Shown: one piece after another, positions 59,405 through 64,000 of the stretch
How the letters are laid out: the number at the start of each line of letters is the position of its first letter
How positions within the stretch are numbered: position 1 is the stretch's first letter
Origin: an uncultured Gammaproteobacteria bacterium
GTDB taxonomy: Bacteria; Patescibacteriota; Microgenomatia; Woykebacterales; RBG-16-39-9b
Direction: 5' to 3'
Length of the DNA stretch: 64,000 nucleotides
NCBI GenBank assembly: GCA_964367355.1
Contig: CAYIWY010000001.1
Location: 100,340 to 164,339 of the forward strand
Made by a program: the position numbers and the translations under genes
Notes under the pieces: model-generated
The model's input: only the letters and a program-made list of their open reading frames with translations
Database searches by the model: none
What the model was told of the DNA's origin: nothing

Positions 59405-59911
59405 ATGAATATGGAAATTAATAACCCAGACCTTGTTCAAAATCTGCTGAAAAAAAGAATTGTTAAATTGTTAGGAAAGGATAACGATCCAAGATCTAAA
59501 GAGGACTTGTTAATTGATGAGGACAAGCTAAAAACTGAGATTGCTGATTACAAAAAAGAAAACCCACCACAGCCGCAATTAGTACTTTACCCACCTTTTA
59601 AGGGTAGAATTAAAGCCATTTTTACTTCTAGTGAAGGTTCCAGCAAAGAAGGAATACTTACTTATGATAGTAATGAGGTTCGCCTATTGAGCAAACTTGA
59701 CAAAAATAAAAATAAACCTTTTACAGCGTCCGAGCTGGGTGATTTTTTAAAGAACCCAAGAAACGGAGTAGATTTTACAAAACCAAAAAGAAGAGGACTC
59801 GACACCAAGAATTCGCTTATAAAGAAGTTTGGACCAGACATCATCAAAACTACCCCTAAAGGATTTGTTTTTAATACTAATACACGCTTCGTTAGTAAAC
59901 TTCCTCACTAA
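59405..59911 (+). CDS. Hypothetical protein (element)
   Basis: ORF with TATAAT upstream. Confidence 0.4.
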   Translation: MNMEINNPDLVQNLLKKRIVKLLGKDNDPRSKEDLLIDEDKLKTEIADYKKENPPQPQLVLYPPFKGRIKAIFTSSEGSSKEGILTYDSNEVRLLSKLDKNKNKPFTASELGDFLKNPRNGVDFTKPKRRGLDTKNSLIKKFGPDIIKTTPKGFVFNTNTRFVSKLPH

Positions 59912-60006
59912 AGTTAAATTTTCCTCAAACTAACCAGAGTTTTAACTTAAACTTCCTCAAAAAAGTGTTTTTCAACCTCCGGGTATAACTCGATAATTGA
60001 TTTATC

Positions 60007-60240
60007 ATGAAAAACGAATTTAGAACAAAGGATTTATATGAAGCTGCCTATTTAGTTTCTGCCAATCTCCCCTTGCTAAAACTTGAAAAAGCAGATACCT
60101 ACTTTGTGTTTGTTTTTTCCGAAAAGTCCAAATGCGAAGCGTATTCCTCAAATTATTGGTCTGGCTTTGCTGTGGGCAAGATAAAAGATTTTGCTGACGC
60201 TTTGAAAATCCTGAAGGAAAGGTTATTCGCAAAAAAGTAA
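60007..60240 (+). CDS. Small phage-associated-type protein (DUF5659-like)
   Basis: DLYEAAYLVSANLPLLKLEKADTYFVFVF pattern. Confidence 0.4.
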   Translation: MKNEFRTKDLYEAAYLVSANLPLLKLEKADTYFVFVFSEKSKCEAYSSNYWSGFAVGKIKDFADALKILKERLFAKK

Positions 60241-60248
60241 AAGTTTAA

Positions 60249-60851
60249 ATGAACATGGAAATTAACGATTGGGTAAGAAAAGGTAAAACAATGATTTTTT
60301 GGCAATATCCGCCAAAGTTTCCTAGTGATGAGGAAATTGAAACTTTTGCTGATGGGCTAAAAGAAACGATCCCAGAAAAGCTAAATGTACTGTACGAACG
60401 TAAAGACTACCTAACGGATCGCTGCAAAAAACTTTTCTCAACTGCAAATAATCTTAGAGGAAAGAAAAAAATCTACTACCGTTCTTGGGCGATTACTGAA
60501 TATGAAGAAGTCTTGGTTATTGATAAGTGGCTTCTTTACTGGGTAACAATAAATTCAAAGTTAAACAGGAAAAAAATAATTGAGCCTAATTATAAATTCA
60601 CTCAAGCTGAGATTGAACGAGCTAAACAGAACACGTATGAATGGAACTTTCCAGGTAACTTAGATAATCGTTCCAAGAAACGTAAGGTTGGTCTTTGTCC
60701 GTTTCACGAAGAGAAGACACCTTCCTTTGTTATTTATTTAGAAACTAACAGCGCTCACTGCTTTGGTTGCCTTTGGTCAGGCGATGTTATTGCCTTTTAC
60801 CAAAAACTACACAATGTTAGCTTTGTTGAGGCAGTAAGGAGATTACTTTAA
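60249..60851 (+). CDS. Protein with a C-terminal CHC2 (DnaG-type) primase zinc finger
   Basis: CPFHEEKTPSFVIY ... HCFGCLWSGDVIAFYQ. Confidence 0.65.
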   Translation: MNMEINDWVRKGKTMIFWQYPPKFPSDEEIETFADGLKETIPEKLNVLYERKDYLTDRCKKLFSTANNLRGKKKIYYRSWAITEYEEVLVIDKWLLYWVTINSKLNRKKIIEPNYKFTQAEIERAKQNTYEWNFPGNLDNRSKKRKVGLCPFHEEKTPSFVIYLETNSAHCFGCLWSGDVIAFYQKLHNVSFVEAVRRLL

Positions 60852-62236
60852 TGGATATTCTGGAACGAGCAGAAAAAGAATTGGAAGCATCTTACCAAAA
60901 AGATAAGAAAAAGGAGAAACCAAACTATACAGCTAATTTTAACGGTCTTGTTGATCTGGTTGAAGATCAGGAAAAGACAAAGTTTCTTACCTTCAAGGGC
61001 GAGATCTTATCTGAAAAAGAAATTGATGGGAAAGTGTACCTACCACCACCAAAGGTTGACTGGCTTCTTCCAAATGGTAAAAAAGTTCTTGAACTTGTGA
61101 AACTACATGATCTGGACACTTCGGACACAATGGACTCTATTCCAGGGTGTACTTATTGTCAGAAAACTCTTCTTCCTAAAATCCTAGCCTATTTTAGAGA
61201 CATCAGTCAGCCGCCCACGGGTTATCATTACTTGTTATTAGTTCTAGCGGCTTTTCATTCTTTCCTAATAGAATATTTCAACTATTCTCCTATCCTTTTT
61301 CTGGTGGCTACCAAAGGACGCGGCAAAACTCCAACCTTAAAAGCTCTAGCTTATATTTCAAGAAGAGGAATTCTCACAGAGACTTTTAGAGAGGCAAACT
61401 TAATACGTTGGGCAAGTGATTATCAAGCGTCTTTATTTCTTGATGTTAGAGACTTTCCAAAAAAGGTAGAGCGTGCTGCAGCTGAGGATTTAATTTATGG
61501 TCGAGCTGAACGTGGAGTTACAAGTTCTCGAGTCCTTTTTCCAGAAAAGGGTGCTTATCTGGACATGGTTACTTTTTCTTCTTTTGGGGTAACAGGAGCA
61601 ACAAGCAATGTGATGGTTGATGCTATTACTGAAGCCCGCTGCATTGTTTTTAATATGCCTTTTTCCAAAAAGGTATATGACATAGAACCTTCCAGAGAAC
61701 TAGGTTTGCCTATAAAAGAAGAACTAACAGCTTTTCGAATGGCTCACTTTAAAAAAGCATTTCTAAACGTTTATAAAAAAAGACCTGGCAAATTAGAAAA
61801 CTACTTACGTGGCTACCACCAAATGGTTCGAACACATTTTCCAACCTATGAAAAATCTTTTCTAAAGCTTAAGGAGGTTATTTACGAAAATAAACATGAG
61901 GAAGCAGAGAACACTTTGGAGGCCAAGTTACTTCTCGCTGTTATAAAACTAATAGAAAAAGTTGAGGACGGTGGCTTTTTAGCAACTGAGTTGGTGGCTA
62001 ACACAGTTAATGAAGGAATTTCAGAAAAATTTGCTCTAAGTACTGACAGAGTTGGTCGTGAGTTGAAGGGAATGGGCTTTAAATCAATTAAAAATTCTTC
62101 TGGGGATAAACGTGGGATTTTTTATAACGTAGATTTAATTGAATCTATAAAAGAACAGTATGGTTTAGTAGAAGCACCCCAAGAAAAAGTGTCAGATATG
62201 TCTGGAGTGCCAGAAAAATCTAAAGGGGAATTATAG
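60851..62236 (+). CDS. Putative replication (primase/helicase-associated) protein, 461 aa
   Basis: It directly follows the zinc-finger ORF with overlapping stop and start. It has a P-loop-like KGRGKT. The family assignment is uncertain. Confidence 0.4.
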   Translation: MDILERAEKELEASYQKDKKKEKPNYTANFNGLVDLVEDQEKTKFLTFKGEILSEKEIDGKVYLPPPKVDWLLPNGKKVLELVKLHDLDTSDTMDSIPGCTYCQKTLLPKILAYFRDISQPPTGYHYLLLVLAAFHSFLIEYFNYSPILFLVATKGRGKTPTLKALAYISRRGILTETFREANLIRWASDYQASLFLDVRDFPKKVERAAAEDLIYGRAERGVTSSRVLFPEKGAYLDMVTFSSFGVTGATSNVMVDAITEARCIVFNMPFSKKVYDIEPSRELGLPIKEELTAFRMAHFKKAFLNVYKKRPGKLENYLRGYHQMVRTHFPTYEKSFLKLKEVIYENKHEEAENTLEAKLLLAVIKLIEKVEDGGFLATELVANTVNEGISEKFALSTDRVGRELKGMGFKSIKNSSGDKRGIFYNVDLIESIKEQYGLVEAPQEKVSDMSGVPEKSKGEL

Positions 62237-62398
62237 ATGCCTATTCCTTTAGATAAATTTGAAGAATGTACTTGTGGAATATGTACAAGCCAAGATATAT
62301 CCGATAATTTTGGTTTTATCGGTAAAAAGTATTTTACAAACCTTGCTTTAGCAGCTTTAGTAGTTAGCAAAAATGATTCTGAAAAATCTAAAAAGTAA
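62237..62398 (+). CDS. Small Cys-containing hypothetical protein
   Basis: ORF immediately after the previous stop. Confidence 0.25.
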   Translation: MPIPLDKFEECTCGICTSQDISDNFGFIGKKYFTNLALAALVVSKNDSEKSKK

Positions 62399-62433
62399 TA
62401 TTGCAAACTGTGTTATTTTAAAAAGACAACACC

Positions 62434-64000
62434 ATGTTACAAACAAATGGTTTAACTAATAACCAAATAACTACCCTCCCAAAAGCACTTTTCCGAGCAA
62501 AGCTTTATGCAAGAGTTTCAACTATTAGTCAAGCGGATGATAACAAATATTCTCTTGAAGAACAGGAAGACTGGGCTAGGAAGTTATGTCAGGAAAAGGA
62601 GTGGGAATTTGCAGGAGTTATCTCAGACACTTTAGTTGGAGATACTGAATATGAAAATAGGCCTGGAGGTACAAGTCTCCTTGAAGATGCAAAGCTTAAG
62701 CTGTTTAACCTAGTCCTTTTTTACCATAGTTCCAGAAACGCTAGAGAGACTTGGATAGGGATGAAAATGATCTCCGATCTTGGAAGGCTAGGTGTACAAA
62801 CTTACATTAAAAACGCTCCTATCGAACCGGTTCCTCAAGATAAGTTTATTTATGGAGCCAATATTGGCGCTGAATATGTTCAAGCCCTGTCGCTGATCGG
62901 CGACAAGCAAGAAAATTTTGCACGAAGCGAGAGAGTTACCTTTGGATTTAAAAATCTTGCACAGTTGGGAGTTTTAGTATTCGCGCCATACGGCTACAAA
63001 AAAATAAAGGAGTTTAAAAATATTAATGGCAAGGATAAAACTGTTTGGCGTTTTGAAGAAGACCCCGTTAAAACGGCGGTAGTAAGGCGAATTTTCAATA
63101 CCTACTTAAAAGGAGACAGTTTGAGAGGAGTAGCAAAAGGTTTAATCAAAGATAATACCCCCTCTCCCAGTGGAAAACTAGGTTTGGAAAGCTGGACTCC
63201 AGCTACAGTCAAAAATATTCTAAGCAATCCTGCATATATTGGTCAGGTTCGTTGGGGAAGAAAACTTGGAAGCAAATTTCGTCAGTTAAGAAGTGTCACT
63301 GGAAAGCAGAAAAGAGTACTAACAAATAAATTAGACTGGGTTATTTCTGATGGAAGTAATTTTTCAAGAATAATTGACAAAGCAACATTTATCAAAGTAC
63401 AAGAGAGGATTAAAAAAAGAGGAAAAATTGCTGGTACACAATTAGCTTCTAAGTCGTTGTTAACAGGTTTAGTTTATTGTAGCGACTGTAACAGAAGAGC
63501 GAACTGTAAGAGTAGAAAGATTAAGAGGCCAAACGGTGAAATTTACTATAAAAGTGATTTTATCGACCAAAGCTATTTTAGAGGTAATAGTTGTCGAAGG
63601 CACTTAATTGCCGCTGCAAAGCTTGAACATTTAGTTCTTGCCAAGCTCCAAGCCCGACTTTACGAGCTAAAGGAAACTGATATAGAAAAAGAGCTATCAT
63701 TTCAGGACCAAAAATCAGAGGACTTGATACAAAATTCGATGAGGCAAATAAATATTCAATTAAGAAGCTATAAAAGTAAACAGGATCGTCTGGTAAACGG
63801 TTACATTGAAGGATTCATTGGAGAGGAGGAGTATAAACAGCAAAAGGAAAAGTTAGCTTTGGAACAAACCTCACTTGACCAGGAAAAAACTGGTCTCCAA
63901 GGGTTACTTGAAGATCAAAGTAAAAAAATTAAGGCATTAGAAACTTTGAGGCAAGTATTAACTATGTTTTCCTCTGTTACGGATCCTCTAGTTAAAAAGG
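62434..64000 (+). CDS. Large serine recombinase (phage-type serine integrase); the C-terminus is beyond the window
   Basis: Resolvase catalytic motif LYARVSTISQ, a recombinase domain, a zinc-ribbon CSDCNRRANC ... C, and a long coiled coil. Confidence 0.85.
   Translation, partial: MLQTNGLTNNQITTLPKALFRAKLYARVSTISQADDNKYSLEEQEDWARKLCQEKEWEFAGVISDTLVGDTEYENRPGGTSLLEDAKLKLFNLVLFYHSSRNARETWIGMKMISDLGRLGVQTYIKNAPIEPVPQDKFIYGANIGAEYVQALSLIGDKQENFARSERVTFGFKNLAQLGVLVFAPYGYKKIKEFKNINGKDKTVWRFEEDPVKTAVVRRIFNTYLKGDSLRGVAKGLIKDNTPSPSGKLGLESWTPATVKNILSNPAYIGQVRWGRKLGSKFRQLRSVTGKQKRVLTNKLDWVISDGSNFSRIIDKATFIKVQERIKKRGKIAGTQLASKSLLTGLVYCSDCNRRANCKSRKIKRPNGEIYYKSDFIDQSYFRGNSCRRHLIAAAKLEHLVLAKLQARLYELKETDIEKELSFQDQKSEDLIQNSMRQINIQLRSYKSKQDRLVNGYIEGFIGEEEYKQQKEKLALEQTSLDQEKTGLQGLLEDQSKKIKALETLRQVLTMFSSVTDPLVKK

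Larger units (their letters stand above)
56053..64000. mobile_element. Integrative mobile element (prophage-like or integrative plasmid-like) inserted in comM. The right end lies beyond the window.
   Basis: The target gene is disrupted. The element carries a large serine recombinase, a CHC2 zinc-finger primase-like protein, a 461-aa putative replication protein, a DUF5659-like small protein and a surface-protein operon. Confidence 0.65.

Noticed and set aside
1-64000. CRISPR array
   Set aside because: There are no regularly spaced short direct repeats with unique spacers. The repeat families found are irregularly spaced and 50-110 bp long.

Overview
This 64 kb window comes from a low-GC (about 37-38%) bacterial genome that uses the standard genetic code. 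I infer a small-genome CPR/Patescibacteria-type organism from the compact gene order, the absence of L30 and the divergent housekeeping proteins. Nothing here is database-confirmed.

Main contents, in order:
- **1-23.2 kb:** a cyclophilin gene; a DUF192 gene; a consensus sigma70 promoter; and one long plus-strand ribosomal super-operon. The operon runs rpsL-rpsG-fusA-tuf-rpsJ, then rplC through rplO, secY-adk-map-infA-rpmJ-rpsM-rpsK-rpsD-rpoA-rplQ, and rplM-rpsI, followed by a GT-C-like membrane protein.
- **23.2-29.9 kb:** a minus-strand glycolytic/fermentative operon, pyk-ppsA-eno-D-2-hydroxyacid dehydrogenase.
- **30-32.8 kb:** a TerC/DUF475-like membrane protein, a His/Asn-rich secreted protein, and an ECF sigma / anti-sigma pair.
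- **32.9-42.7 kb:** an accessory island next to tRNA-Pro(GGG). It carries three type II toxin-antitoxin modules (two VapBC, one RelE/Phd), a MaoC hot-dog protein, a DUF3800 protein, two standalone C39-like cysteine peptidases, a peptidase S51, an alpha/beta hydrolase and several unknowns. The cassettes are separated by a repeat family whose ends resemble the tRNA-Pro 3' end.
- **42.9-53.7 kb:** recA, a small high-GC ORF, recX, rny and ymdB; hup; a ywbE-like gene; a standalone Cas4-like Fe-S nuclease; miaA; two AI-2E family transporters; a CaCA antiporter; and an RNase P RNA gene with a textbook promoter and terminator.
- **53.8-64 kb:** a membrane-anchored protein, a standalone receiver domain, and a comM/yifB gene truncated exactly at its CPCG zinc motif by an integrative element of at least 8 kb. 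The element carries small membrane proteins, an Ig-like surface protein, a CHC2 zinc-finger primase-like gene, a 461-aa putative replication protein and a large serine recombinase that runs off the window end.

I found no CRISPR array, rRNA gene or reverse transcriptase.
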